Of a stretch of 64,000 bases of DNA, positions 41,777 through 52,510 are shown piece by piece. A program made the translations under genes and the position numbers. The stretch is from Spirochaetaceae bacterium. Its GTDB lineage: Bacteria; Spirochaetota; Spirochaetia; DSM-2461. The stretch covers positions 44,597 to 108,596 of the forward strand of contig JAOPTT010000017.1 in assembly GCA_051531975.1 (NCBI GenBank). The letters are read 5' to 3'. Each line of letters starts with the position of its first letter. Position 1 is the first letter of the stretch. Below the pieces are notes generated by a model that saw only the letters and a program-made list of their open reading frames with translations, was not told the DNA's origin and did no database searches.

Positions 41777-43450
41777 TTAGCATGAACCAAGGAGTTCTCT
41801 AGCATGATTTAATGATGCTTCGTTACACTCACCTGATAACATTCTTGCTATCTCCCTTACTCTTTCCTCACCCTCAAGCTTAATGACCTCAGTTTTTGTT
41901 TTTAAACCGTCAGTACTTTTAATTACTTGTAAATGGTTTTCTCCATAACTAGCAATACTTGCTAAGTGAGTAATACTTAAAATTTGTTTATTTTTTGACA
42001 ATAATTTTAGGTGGTCACCAATACTTAGTGCAACTTCACCACCTATTCCAGAATCAATTTCATCAAAAATTAAACATCCTACATTATCAACATCGGCTAA
42101 TACACTCTTTAAAGCAAGCATAATTCTAGAAATTTCTCCACCTGAAGCTATCTGTTTAACAGGTTTTAGTGGCTCTCCAGGGTTCATGGACATCATAAAC
42201 TCAATTTCATCCATACCCCAAGGACCACATGATGTTTTTCCACCATTGTCTTTTCTAGGCTCAATATTAACAATAAACCTTACATTTGGCAGACTTAATT
42301 GTTTAAGAAGACCTACAACCTTCTCTTCCATCTCCCTAGCAAAGAAGTTTCTTTTATTAGAAAGTTCTTTGGCTATTTCTAAAACTAAGTTTTGCTCATC
42401 TTTTATTTTTGCTCTAAGATCATCTATAATTTTAGTACCAGAACCAATTTCTTCCAACTCTTTCTTTGCACTTATTACAAATTTTAAAACATCTTCAACA
42501 TTTGTGCCATATTTCTTCTGAAGATTAAATATTTCAGTAAGTCTATCTTCTTTTTTTTGTAACAGTTCTGGAGAAAAGTCTGAATTTCTATGATAATCTC
42601 CTAGTGCTTCTGAAATATCATCTATTTCAAAATAACTATCTTTTATTCTCTTTAATAATGGTTCAAATGTATCATCAATACCCGATAAAGAATCTATGCT
42701 CAAAGATAACTCTTTTAGTTTAGCAACAACACCTTTATTTCCACTAACGATATTTAGAGATTCCCCTAATAAGGAGTTTATATTATCATTATTACGTAAT
42801 AATTTAAGTTCACGATCAAGTTCTTCTTCTTCACCTATTATTAAACTTGCTTCTTCTATTTCTATTATCGATTTTTTTAAGGAAGAAATTTTCTCATCTT
42901 GGCTAACTTCACCTTCTTCAAATTCTGTTAGCTGTTTTCGTAACTGAGTTAGGTCTTGGAACTTATTATATAGAGTAATAACTTGCTCAGTTAAATGACC
43001 GTATTTATCAAGTAGTTTTCTATGGTTAACTTTACTAAAAAGAGATTGATGTTCATGTTGGCCATGCATATCAAATAACAGAGCAGAGAATTCTTCAAGT
43101 TGAGAACGTGTAACTCCTTGATTTTCTATATATTGACTTCCCCGCCCAGAGTTTTTTATATTCCTCTTTATTAAAATCTGATTATCTTCGTAATTAATAC
43201 CTGATTCTAATAACCAGGTCTTAGCATCTGGATTATGTTCTAAATCGACTAAAGCTGATACTGACGCTTCATCACACCCTTGTCTGACATAACTTGGGCT
43301 AGCTTTTTTACCAAATATTAGGCCTAATGCACCAACTAACAGAGATTTACCAGCTCCAGTTTCTCCAGACAAGACATTTAATCCTTTTGAGAAAGTAACT
43401 TGTATATCATCTATTAGCGCATAATTAGCAACACTTAACTCCTCAAGCAC
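41777..43450 (-). CDS. recN: DNA repair protein RecN
   Basis: SGETGAGKS, HGQHEHQ, ASGGEISR, FDEIDSGIGG, ITHL. Confidence 0.96.
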   Translation of the reverse strand: MLEELSVANYALIDDIQVTFSKGLNVLSGETGAGKSLLVGALGLIFGKKASPSYVRQGCDEASVSALVDLEHNPDAKTWLLESGINYEDNQILIKRNIKNSGRGSQYIENQGVTRSQLEEFSALLFDMHGQHEHQSLFSKVNHRKLLDKYGHLTEQVITLYNKFQDLTQLRKQLTEFEEGEVSQDEKISSLKKSIIEIEEASLIIGEEEELDRELKLLRNNDNINSLLGESLNIVSGNKGVVAKLKELSLSIDSLSGIDDTFEPLLKRIKDSYFEIDDISEALGDYHRNSDFSPELLQKKEDRLTEIFNLQKKYGTNVEDVLKFVISAKKELEEIGSGTKIIDDLRAKIKDEQNLVLEIAKELSNKRNFFAREMEEKVVGLLKQLSLPNVRFIVNIEPRKDNGGKTSCGPWGMDEIEFMMSMNPGEPLKPVKQIASGGEISRIMLALKSVLADVDNVGCLIFDEIDSGIGGEVALSIGDHLKLLSKNKQILSITHLASIASYGENHLQVIKSTDGLKTKTEVIKLEGEERVREIARMLSGECNEASLNHARELLGSC

Positions 43451-44291
43451 GAGGGCCTCCTGTCCATTTTAATTTTGTTCTTACAACATCAAAAAAGGAT
43501 CTTTGGTCAGACATAATAATCTGAGCCTGTTTATGATACTCTGTAAATAGTACGGAGTCACCTTCTTCTAATGTAATACTTTCTTGTCCATCAACTGTTA
43601 AAAGCAGTTGTGACCTTTGATCTTTTTGTATTTTAACAGCAATAACTTCGCTACCACCAGTAACCATGGGTCTATTTGAAAGCGAATATGGACAAATTGG
43701 AGTTAATACTAAAGCATTCATTTCAGGATTAATGATAGGTCCTCCTGCAGCTAAAGAATATGCAGTAGAACCAGTTGGTGTAGAAATGATAATACCGTCT
43801 CCGTGTATCTCACCTATCTCTATATCAGAAAAATATACTTCTAATTCAACAATAGCTTTAATATTTTTAGAAGTTATTATTCCATCATTTACTCCGATAG
43901 TTTCAAATACCTCTTTACCATTTCTTATAACTCTTACATATAATAGTGTTCTACGACTAACTCTAAGTTGATCATTAATATATTTATCTATAGATTCCTT
44001 CCATTCAGATATTAAAATTTCTGTTATAAATCCAACAGTACCTAAATTAATACCTAAAATAGGAGTTTGATAACCTCTTATTCTTCTTAGAGCATGGAGC
44101 ACTGTGCCATCTCCACCTAGAGTTATTACCAGATCATATCCTATTATCTCTGATCTTTCTTTTTTCTCAGCATAAATAATATCACAATTAATATTTTTAT
44201 CTATGAAATATTGAGATATCTCGTCTTTAAGCGTGCATGAGTCACACTTTGTTCGATTTATATATAATAAGACTGATTTTAGCACTTTCAT
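43443..44291 (-). CDS. nadK: NAD kinase
   Basis: LGGDGT, GINLG.VGF, DGIIISTPTGSTAY.L.AGGP. Confidence 0.95.
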   Translation of the reverse strand: MKVLKSVLLYINRTKCDSCTLKDEISQYFIDKNINCDIIYAEKKERSEIIGYDLVITLGGDGTVLHALRRIRGYQTPILGINLGTVGFITEILISEWKESIDKYINDQLRVSRRTLLYVRVIRNGKEVFETIGVNDGIITSKNIKAIVELEVYFSDIEIGEIHGDGIIISTPTGSTAYSLAAGGPIINPEMNALVLTPICPYSLSNRPMVTGGSEVIAVKIQKDQRSQLLLTVDGQESITLEEGDSVLFTEYHKQAQIIMSDQRSFFDVVRTKLKWTGGPRA

Positions 44292-44310
44292 AACTTATAA
44301 TATGGCGATT

Positions 44311-45309
44311 TTATGGCAATGTCGAGAGTATCTTGGAAATTAGTTTTATACTATCTTTTTTCATATTAAGTGATAATGGGAAAAGTAGAGTTCTATTACT
44401 CAAAGATTTTGCATTTGAACACTTTAAATTATTAATATTGTTGCAGATACATCCCTCATATCCTTTAATAGTTTCTACACCCTGACTTTTACAATATTTT
44501 TGAACCTCTTTTAATGATTTTTTTAATACCACAGGAAAATAATTGTATGAATTACTTTCACTGTTATCAAATGTATAATAACCAGATTTTAATGTTGAAT
44601 CTTTATAGATTTCAATTATGGGATACCTTTTATCAAAAAAAATGTTTAAGTCAGATATTTGGGAATTCAAAAAAGAAGCGTTTAATCCAGACAAACATAT
44701 ATCTGGTCGTTTTTTCAAACGATTATCTAGTATACCAGAGAGTTCTTTTTTATTATGACTAATTAAAGCTCCACCCATAGAAGATAGTATATTTTCATCT
44801 TCAAAAGATATTATTGTATATGGACTGTTTCCTGTAATAGTTTCATTTTCAGAATCTCTTCCAATACCTGGAAGAAGAACTTCTAAAGTAGGAACATCAA
44901 TTTCGCTTAACCCATCTATATCCGGTTTAATACAGTTAGAAAAAGTTGAAATTATAAGTATTGTATTCTCTGTAATATTATCTGTAATAGTTTTTATTTC
45001 TGGTAAACCACTCTCGGGTGCAACATCCACAACAACTGGAACAAAACCACAATTAATAATTGTTTCATAGAAATAATATGGAGAAAGAGCTGAAAGAATA
45101 ATTTCACCCTTGGAGTTATCTGAAAATGTATTCAAGATTTCTATTAAGGCATGTTCTACCCCTCTATAAAAATGGATGTATTCATGATCAGTTATTTTTT
45201 TAAATGATCTACTCAGCTCACCTATATAATCAACATTAGTATCGACTAAATAAGTTAAAACTGAGTCCATCTCTTTTCTTCTAACATATGTGCTATTTAT
45301 TGGTATCAA
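44311..45309 (-). CDS. DegT/DnrJ/EryC1/StrS aminotransferase-fold protein (degenerate)
   Basis: G..PVVVDV, SF......GGAL and TLLFPL match the family scaffold; the catalytic Lys is absent. Confidence 0.7.
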   Translation of the reverse strand: MIPINSTYVRRKEMDSVLTYLVDTNVDYIGELSRSFKKITDHEYIHFYRGVEHALIEILNTFSDNSKGEIILSALSPYYFYETIINCGFVPVVVDVAPESGLPEIKTITDNITENTILIISTFSNCIKPDIDGLSEIDVPTLEVLLPGIGRDSENETITGNSPYTIISFEDENILSSMGGALISHNKKELSGILDNRLKKRPDICLSGLNASFLNSQISDLNIFFDKRYPIIEIYKDSTLKSGYYTFDNSESNSYNYFPVVLKKSLKEVQKYCKSQGVETIKGYEGCICNNINNLKCSNAKSLSNRTLLFPLSLNMKKDSIKLISKILSTLP

Positions 45310-45809
45310 AGATTACCTAAATCGATATTCTGTAATTCCCCACGACTAAATAGTCTTCGAGTATCTAATATAACTAAATATCCATCTTTTTCATTAACAA
45401 CACCATGTATATACTCACTACCAATACCTGATACTATTTGTGGTGGTGGTTGTATGTTTCTCTTATCTACAGTTACTACTTTTAATATCTTATCAATAAT
45501 AATTCCAATATCCATATTATTTATATTAATTATAATAAAACCGCTTAGAAGTTTTTCTTCTTCGGTTAACTCTTTCTTTTCAAAATGAAATCGTTTCTGA
45601 AGATTTATTACTGGAATAATAGCACCTCGAAGGTTAAATAAACCTTCTACATATATAGGGGCATTTGGAATTGGTCTTACATCCTCTATACCATTTATCT
45701 GCTTAACATCCATTATGTCTATACCGTATCTCTCTTTTCCTAGCTGAAAAGTAACAAGTTGTAGGGTATGATCTTCAACAACTTCTTTTTTACTTTGACC
45801 TAATATCAC
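45306..45809 (-). CDS. cheW: Chemotaxis coupling protein CheW
   Basis: LVTF.LG.E.YGIDI, IPNAP..VEG..NLRG.IIPVINL. Confidence 0.93.
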   Translation of the reverse strand: MILGQSKKEVVEDHTLQLVTFQLGKERYGIDIMDVKQINGIEDVRPIPNAPIYVEGLFNLRGAIIPVINLQKRFHFEKKELTEEEKLLSGFIIININNMDIGIIIDKILKVVTVDKRNIQPPPQIVSGIGSEYIHGVVNEKDGYLVILDTRRLFSRGELQNIDLGNL

Positions 45810-45842
45810 AATAATCTCCTACACTTACTATTCTATAATATA

Positions 45843-46472
45843 TTATATACCGTTACAAAGTTTTTTTACAGAAATATATAGTTTTTTACAAGATTCTACC
45901 TTATTTCTCTTAAAATCCATTAATGTAGAGTGATTACAACAATCTGTAACTGCTCTAACTGATACAAAATTTATATCTAACTTTTTACATAAAGAAAATA
46001 CTGAGTATGTTTCCCATGTAACTATCGATGCACCTTTTTCTTTCAATTTATTAACATCTGATTCTGAATTTATACTTTTTTCAATTGAAGCTACAACTAA
46101 TTCAGAAATATCTATATTTGGTATATATGTTTTAACACTATATGTATCTCCAATAATAGTATTATTATTAGGATTGTCAATATTAAAAAATTCTATAGAA
46201 CTATTTGATATTACAATACTATTTATTGGTATGTCCCCGGTTAAAGAACCACAAGTTCCAGTATCGATAATTAAGTCTGGATTTTCTTTTATTATTAAGG
46301 GATAGAGATTTAATATTGTACTGTTTTTTCCAATACCTGTATAAATAAGGATGAGCCCACCTCTAGCGGCAATTCTTGGTATCTCTTTTTTTGTTGTTTT
46401 TTCAATCAGACCAAGCTGATTCCTAGCTTCATTAAACTCTACAGGTAGTGCACATGTTATTACTATTTTCAT
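45843..46472 (-). CDS. MTA/SAH nucleosidase-like (PNP_UDP_1 family) protein
   Basis: CALPVE, TGIGK, IDTGTCG, SVRAVTD. Confidence 0.8.
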   Translation of the reverse strand: MKIVITCALPVEFNEARNQLGLIEKTTKKEIPRIAARGGLILIYTGIGKNSTILNLYPLIIKENPDLIIDTGTCGSLTGDIPINSIVISNSSIEFFNIDNPNNNTIIGDTYSVKTYIPNIDISELVVASIEKSINSESDVNKLKEKGASIVTWETYSVFSLCKKLDINFVSVRAVTDCCNHSTLMDFKRNKVESCKKLYISVKKLCNGI

Positions 46473-46477
46473 CTACG

Positions 46478-46930
46478 CTATTCTAGCATAACTTTGATAT
46501 TAAATTCTTTAGAAATGTTATCTAAATAACTGTTAAGCTTAGATAGTTGGTCATTTGTTACATATCCACTTAATTTACATGAAAATTTATTTTCATCAAC
46601 TTTAAAACCTAGACCTAATTCAGAGTTTATTAGTGAAATACACTTTTGTTCAAAGTCATCACATTCATCATAATCGACAATCAACTTTTCTCCGTTGGCT
46701 CTAACAAAGAGAATAACAGTATTTAGTTTATTTATCTCAAGGCTTTCATCATCCTCAAAATAATATTTTATATCCCCGCAATTTTCTAAAAAAAGATCAG
46801 AGTGTGTGGCGACAACACCGTCTTCATCTAATAACCTGGATTCTATTTTTATTACTCTTTTTTTACTATTTTCCACCAGATAATCATGAACTTCCTGTCT
46901 GGATGTAAAATCGCTAAAGCTTACCTTCAT
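46478..46930 (-). CDS. Hypothetical protein
   Basis: ORF with a GAGG RBS before ATG 46930; no recognisable motif. Confidence 0.55.
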   Translation of the reverse strand: MKVSFSDFTSRQEVHDYLVENSKKRVIKIESRLLDEDGVVATHSDLFLENCGDIKYYFEDDESLEINKLNTVILFVRANGEKLIVDYDECDDFEQKCISLINSELGLGFKVDENKFSCKLSGYVTNDQLSKLNSYLDNISKEFNIKVMLE

Positions 46931-46991
46931 AACATACCTCTTATACATAATTATAAACAAAATGTCAGAAATAGTACAAATTTAATTTGTT

Positions 46992-48431
46992 TTAGTTATA
47001 TTTTGTAAAATTACGGTTGTCTTCATCAAATGGTACAGTGTCAGATGTCTTTAAATACCAGTTTAACATTCTACTCTCAAAATCGAGTTTAATATCTTTA
47101 TATTCATCTTCATAATACAAGTTGTCTATTTCCATTGGATCATCTTTTAAATTGTACAGTTCATTAACATCATCTGTTCTTTTAATAAGTTTAAAATCTA
47201 AGTTCCTAATCATAGTTGTCCTACATACACTCTCAGGATAATCCTGTTGTTGTTTAGCCTTAGGATAATAGATGTTTTCTGGATTGGATATTTGACCACC
47301 CCTTTCTGGATATCCTTCAAAAGCATGTGGTTCGTGTCTGTCATAACCACCTTCAGAGAATACAAACCTGGCCCTATCATCTTTTTCACCTTTTAAGTGT
47401 GGGGTTAATGTTTGTGCAAAACTTGTATGTTTTAACTCTATATTGGCTAGGTCAAGAATTGTGGCACTAAGATCAAAACACTCAATTGGTCCTTTTACTC
47501 TTAAACCTTTTTTACATATTGGGGATTTAACAACAAATGGAACTTTTACTAAGTTATCAGTAAATGCATTGGGCCATTTCTCCACTAGTCCATAATCCCC
47601 TGCAAATTCCCCATGGTCACTGGTTACAAATAGGGTCGTATTACTATTTAAATCTAATTTATTCATAGTATCTAATAATTTACCAAGTAGCATATCTGAA
47701 AAAGAGACCATTCCACTATATATATTTTGCATATCATTAAAATGATTTTTATCTAAATCGTCTAGAGATCTATACTCTCTAATAAGTTCGTGGAACTTAG
47801 GTTTAATTCCGACTGGAATGGGTTTTATAATATCTAAGTCTATATCATCGTACATATGATGATATTTTTTAGGTGCGTAAAATGGTACATGGGGAATTCC
47901 TACTGGGATGAAGACGCAATACTTTTTATTATCTTTATGCATTTTTGTTATAAAATTTATAGCCGCATCAACTTCCATTTCAGATTTTTTTGGAAGCCCT
48001 TCATATGATGGATTTTTTAGAAAGCTGTAATACCTTTTATCTGACTTACTGAACCTCTGGGTAGGAGAACCTTCTGGAGGAAGGATAGTATCTTTTACAT
48101 CTATTAACTTTTCTACCATCTCTTCTGAATAAAGGTCATTTTTTCCAAACCAACCAATTTCATATCCATCATTTTTTAAGTATTCAAGCAAAGATTTTTG
48201 ATGTGGACGAATTGAATGAAAGAGTGTTCTATGACCATTATTATGAACATACTGTCCTGTCATCATTGAGACTCTTGATGGTGTACAAACAGGGTTCTGA
48301 GAGAAAGCATTTTCAAAAACAACTCCATCCTTTGCCATTCTTTCATAATTGGGGGTTTTTAGATTTTTATTTCCATAGAGACTTACTGATTCAGCCCTCG
48401 TTGAATCGGGATAATATATTATAAAATTCAA
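46992..48431 (-). CDS. Formylglycine-dependent sulfatase
   Basis: TPN, PVCTPSR..MMTG, PHVP, TSDHGE, ELYNL..DP.E..NL. Confidence 0.93.
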   Translation of the reverse strand: MNFIIYYPDSTRAESVSLYGNKNLKTPNYERMAKDGVVFENAFSQNPVCTPSRVSMMTGQYVHNNGHRTLFHSIRPHQKSLLEYLKNDGYEIGWFGKNDLYSEEMVEKLIDVKDTILPPEGSPTQRFSKSDKRYYSFLKNPSYEGLPKKSEMEVDAAINFITKMHKDNKKYCVFIPVGIPHVPFYAPKKYHHMYDDIDLDIIKPIPVGIKPKFHELIREYRSLDDLDKNHFNDMQNIYSGMVSFSDMLLGKLLDTMNKLDLNSNTTLFVTSDHGEFAGDYGLVEKWPNAFTDNLVKVPFVVKSPICKKGLRVKGPIECFDLSATILDLANIELKHTSFAQTLTPHLKGEKDDRARFVFSEGGYDRHEPHAFEGYPERGGQISNPENIYYPKAKQQQDYPESVCRTTMIRNLDFKLIKRTDDVNELYNLKDDPMEIDNLYYEDEYKDIKLDFESRMLNWYLKTSDTVPFDEDNRNFTKYN

Positions 48432-48434
48432 GAT

Positions 48435-49910
48435 TTATTCCTCCTGGACATATTCAGCTTTACCATGAAGGTAGTTTTCAAAATCAGCAGCACCTGGCCA
48501 TCTAACTTTGGTATCATCAGCTGCTCTACTTTTATATGTCTTATTAAAGTAACAACTTTTACTAAACCATGCTAATAAGTCTAATATCATTCTGTTTTTT
48601 ATTTTACTATATTCACTGTTATCAAATAGATTGTTAAATTCCTTATGGTCTTTGTTTAAGTCGTAAAGTTCTCCATAGGTTTGATCAATATAATATACAA
48701 GTTTATAATCTTTATCTCTTATCATGATAAGATAGTTATCTTCACAAAATACATACTTATTTTGACTATCACTATTTAGGTTGATTCCCTCTAATCTGTT
48801 TGGTATCTTTATTCCACCATAACCTAGTATAGTTGGTCCTAAATCCATAAGGCTTACTAGATCACTGTTTATTATAGATGGCTCATTAGGTTTTCTAAAA
48901 TCCTTTATAATAAGAGGTACATTTGTAACATTATCATACATAAGCCATTTATATGGTAGTTTATGATCCCCAAGGTTATCACCATGGTCACTTGTTAATA
49001 TAATAACCGTATTATCTAACATTCCCTTAACTTTAAGGGCATTTATAATTTCTCCAATTTTATCATCAATCAGAGTTATATTTGCGCTGTAATGTTTTCT
49101 AATTTTCTGAATATCTTCATCTTTTGCATCCCTTGTATTTATCTGGGACTGATCGTTATTACTGGTTCTAAAATATGTCTGGTGTGCCTTTTGTTGAGGT
49201 GGCTTATCCTCTAGTTCTCCATCTACAAACTCCCTTTGGGGGAACTCAATACCATCGTACATTTTCAGATATCTCTCTGGAGGATCAAATGGATCGTGGG
49301 GACCTGGGAAACCTATCTGCATAAATAGTGGTTTACTCTGGTTCCAGTTATTTATCCACTCTTTTGCTAAATTACCTGTATATACATCACTATGTAGGTT
49401 TTCACCTTTTTCCCAAACCATACAGTTATGTTTTTGTTTCCAATCTGGATCAGTTTTATGGAGGGCTGTGTCCCGCTTCTCTCCATGCATTGTTAACCAC
49501 CAACCCCATTCATCTTCATGAAGGTTTTGAGCCTCGTAATTTTCTGCTTTATTTTCAATAACTTTTCTCTCATGGAAACCTATATTATCAAAGATTGGCT
49601 TTACATGCATTTTCCCAATATTAACACAGTGATAACTGTTTTCAGAAAGGTCTTCCACCCAGCTTCTATGATGACTCCAATCATCAAAAGAGTAGACTCC
49701 ACTATTATGTGAATAAAGTCCTGTAAACATAGCAGCTCTAGATGCAACACAGGTTGCGCCTGGGCAAAAAGCTTTAGTATAAGCTGTACCCTTATCTATT
49801 AAACTGTCCATATTTGGAGTAATCATATAGTCATACCCTAGGGCATTTATAGTGTCTATACGCTGCTGATCTGTCATTATTAAAATAATATTAGGTCTTT
49901 TTTTAATCAT
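48435..49910 (-). CDS. Sulfatase (CxAxR-type signature)
   Basis: PNIILIMTDQ, TCVASR..MFTG, IGKMH, PHDP, TSDHG. Confidence 0.93.
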   Translation of the reverse strand: MIKKRPNIILIMTDQQRIDTINALGYDYMITPNMDSLIDKGTAYTKAFCPGATCVASRAAMFTGLYSHNSGVYSFDDWSHHRSWVEDLSENSYHCVNIGKMHVKPIFDNIGFHERKVIENKAENYEAQNLHEDEWGWWLTMHGEKRDTALHKTDPDWKQKHNCMVWEKGENLHSDVYTGNLAKEWINNWNQSKPLFMQIGFPGPHDPFDPPERYLKMYDGIEFPQREFVDGELEDKPPQQKAHQTYFRTSNNDQSQINTRDAKDEDIQKIRKHYSANITLIDDKIGEIINALKVKGMLDNTVIILTSDHGDNLGDHKLPYKWLMYDNVTNVPLIIKDFRKPNEPSIINSDLVSLMDLGPTILGYGGIKIPNRLEGINLNSDSQNKYVFCEDNYLIMIRDKDYKLVYYIDQTYGELYDLNKDHKEFNNLFDNSEYSKIKNRMILDLLAWFSKSCYFNKTYKSRAADDTKVRWPGAADFENYLHGKAEYVQEE

Positions 49911-49928
49911 TATTTATCCTTATAATTT

Positions 49929-49959
49929 AAAATCATCCCCCTAGGAATCAGAGGGATGA
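49929..49959 (-). terminator. Stem-loop after the solute-binding gene (terminator or mRNA stabiliser)
   Basis: Minus strand TCATCCCTCT-GATTCCT-AGGGGGATGA-TTTT. Confidence 0.65.
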
Positions 49960-49964
49960 AGATT

Positions 49965-51563
49965 CTACTGTTTAAAAAATTTATAATAGTCGTCGTAAAC
50001 GTTCATTACTTTTGATAGACCCATTTTTTCAAGTCTATCTAAATAATTATCCCACTCTACATCAATATCAGTATCGGACATTACAATCCATTTGGCCTGC
50101 ATCTCCTGTACATAATTATGTATATCAACTAGATAAATATCTAGAACTTTTGATTGTTCTTCTGAAAAATAACCTCTTGGAAAATATTCTTCTGGGAAAT
50201 ATTGTGAATATATAGCATGTCTGTCCAGTTTTCTCTGTCTTGATTCAGGTAGTGGATAGTTTTTATACATCTCTCTAGTTAAAACTAGTGGAGCTACATA
50301 GTTAGGAGAGTGATTAAACTTAAATTCATCTGCAGTCATTCCCTCTGGAACTGGAAGGGTTTGAATCATTCCGTCACTATCTTTTTCTATAACAACACCA
50401 TAAGTTCCTTTCATTGCCTGCCATGAACCATCTTCAGTAAATAACCAGTCTGCCCAACGTATACTTATTTCAGGGTTTTTATTAGCGGATGTTATAATAA
50501 ATCTATTTCTTCCTGTAAACACCCAAGGACTCCATGCCCAGTAAGTTTCATCCCCAGGTCCATCTAATGGAGGAAGCATTACATAATCACTTTTAGCTTT
50601 TTCTGCTCCAACCATGTTTTCATCAAGCCAGATTGAAAATACTCCCAATGTTGTATCTGCAGTTTTTCCTTTTGAAATAAACTCTTTACGAGATTGAGTA
50701 TATGTTTCTTGGTCTAACAGACCTTCGGAGTAGATTTTTTGTAGAAATTTCAGGCCCTCTTTATATTCTTCAGAAGCTGGAACAAAGAGTGGTTTCCCAT
50801 TTTTTACCATAAGATGATTATCTACATCATCTATTACCCCATAAGCTCCAAAAAATGAGTTATTCCCCAGAACTGCATTATTGGCAAGGTATGACCATGG
50901 AATCTCATCAGCTTTTCCATTTCCATTTGGATCTTCCTCTTTAAATGCTTTAAGAGCTTCATAAAATTCCTGAATAGTTTTTGGTACTTCTAGACCTAGT
51001 TTATCCAGCCATTTTTTATTAATGAACATGTTATCTCTATTCTCTTTTTCAGTGAACTCATCAACAGCAGGTAAGGCATATATATGTCCATCAGGTGCTG
51101 TAACAGAGCTTTTTACATCAGGATATTTTTTAAAGAAAGCTGAAATGTTTGGAGCATACTGTTCGATAAGATCTTCAAGAGGTATAAAAGCTCCGGAAGG
51201 ACCATATTTAACAATATGACTATCTGTTAGACCACGTCCATTTAAAAAGATATCTGGTAGATCACCACTTGCAAGCAGAAGATTTATTTTTTCAGCATGA
51301 TTAGCCTGGGGGATTTCTGTCCATTCTATTTGAACACCAGTCTTTTCCTGATACTCTTTAAAGAACGTCATTTCTGAAAAATTACCATGTAAAGTGTGTT
51401 TCTCTACTGCAATTTTCAGAGTTACCGGGTCATTAACAATTGGATAACCAACCGCATTAAACTCTCCAGTTTTAACTGAAGCCTCTTCTTTTTGACCAGT
51501 AGCCATTAGCAGTAGTGGTGTACATACAAACACAATTGCAAATAAAAGCATAATTCTTTTCAT
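49965..51563 (-). CDS. Carbohydrate ABC transporter solute-binding protein
   Basis: Spirochaete-type signal (..A.G..E), LASGDLPD, DGHIYALP, DPNGNG.ADE (LplA-like). Confidence 0.9.
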   Translation of the reverse strand: MKRIMLLFAIVFVCTPLLLMATGQKEEASVKTGEFNAVGYPIVNDPVTLKIAVEKHTLHGNFSEMTFFKEYQEKTGVQIEWTEIPQANHAEKINLLLASGDLPDIFLNGRGLTDSHIVKYGPSGAFIPLEDLIEQYAPNISAFFKKYPDVKSSVTAPDGHIYALPAVDEFTEKENRDNMFINKKWLDKLGLEVPKTIQEFYEALKAFKEEDPNGNGKADEIPWSYLANNAVLGNNSFFGAYGVIDDVDNHLMVKNGKPLFVPASEEYKEGLKFLQKIYSEGLLDQETYTQSRKEFISKGKTADTTLGVFSIWLDENMVGAEKAKSDYVMLPPLDGPGDETYWAWSPWVFTGRNRFIITSANKNPEISIRWADWLFTEDGSWQAMKGTYGVVIEKDSDGMIQTLPVPEGMTADEFKFNHSPNYVAPLVLTREMYKNYPLPESRQRKLDRHAIYSQYFPEEYFPRGYFSEEQSKVLDIYLVDIHNYVQEMQAKWIVMSDTDIDVEWDNYLDRLEKMGLSKVMNVYDDYYKFFKQ

Positions 51564-51608
51564 TTTGTCTCCTTATATTTAATACCCTCTAAGAGGATTA
51601 TTACTAAA

Positions 51609-52502
51609 TTAGCCCTTTACGGAACCCGAAAGTGTTCCCTGGGTAAAATATTTTTGTAAAAATGGATAGATTATCAGTGGCGGAATAATAGAAACCATAA
51701 CAACTGTATATTTAAGCAGCTCAGAAATTCTTGTTCTTTTAGCAACCGTATCAGCATCTAGAACTGCAGCTCCACTAACATCAGATTCAAGAAGAATATT
51801 ACGGAGGATAAGTTGAAGAGGAAATTTATTTTCATCGGTTAGATAGATCATTGGTTGGAAGAACATATTCCAAACTGCCATACCATAAAACAGGGTCATT
51901 ACCGCTAAGATCGCTTTAGATAAAGGCATTAAAATACTGAAAAAATATCTAAATTGTGAACAACCATCCATCATAGCTGATTCATATAACTCTTCTGGTA
52001 TACTTACTGTGAAAAATGTCCGCATAATAAATATGTTATAAACCCAAACTGCACCAGGAAGTAATATAGCCCACATAGAATCTATTAACCCAAGGTTCTT
52101 AATTACGAGATATGTAGGAATTAGCCCACCATTAAAAAACATCGTAAATGTTAAAAGTGTCAAAACTAATTTTCTGAATTTAAGTTCTTTTCTAGACAGT
52201 GCAAATGCAGCACCTGAAGTAAAAGAGACACCAAGAATAATGCCAAGAGTTGTATATAATAGTGTATTCCTATAACCAACAAGGATAGTATCATCCATAA
52301 ATATTCTGACATAACCTTCAAGTGTTATGTTTTTTGGTAATAGGATAACACTTCCCTCAGCAACAGAAATTGGATCACTAATAGATGCTATAAGTACAAA
52401 ATATATAGGATATATAACACAGAGTAAAACAATGCCCAAAATTGTATAATTTATTATGTCAAAGATTTTATCTTTTTTTGATTTTTTTATTGATAATGTC
52501 AT
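51609..52502 (-). CDS. Carbohydrate ABC transporter permease (LplC/YtcP-like)
   Basis: TMFFNGGLIP, ELYESA..DG, YPFLQKYF..G...GSVKG. Confidence 0.93.
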   Translation of the reverse strand: MTLSIKKSKKDKIFDIINYTILGIVLLCVIYPIYFVLIASISDPISVAEGSVILLPKNITLEGYVRIFMDDTILVGYRNTLLYTTLGIILGVSFTSGAAFALSRKELKFRKLVLTLLTFTMFFNGGLIPTYLVIKNLGLIDSMWAILLPGAVWVYNIFIMRTFFTVSIPEELYESAMMDGCSQFRYFFSILMPLSKAILAVMTLFYGMAVWNMFFQPMIYLTDENKFPLQLILRNILLESDVSGAAVLDADTVAKRTRISELLKYTVVMVSIIPPLIIYPFLQKYFTQGTLSGSVKG

Positions 52503-52510
52503 ATTCCCCC

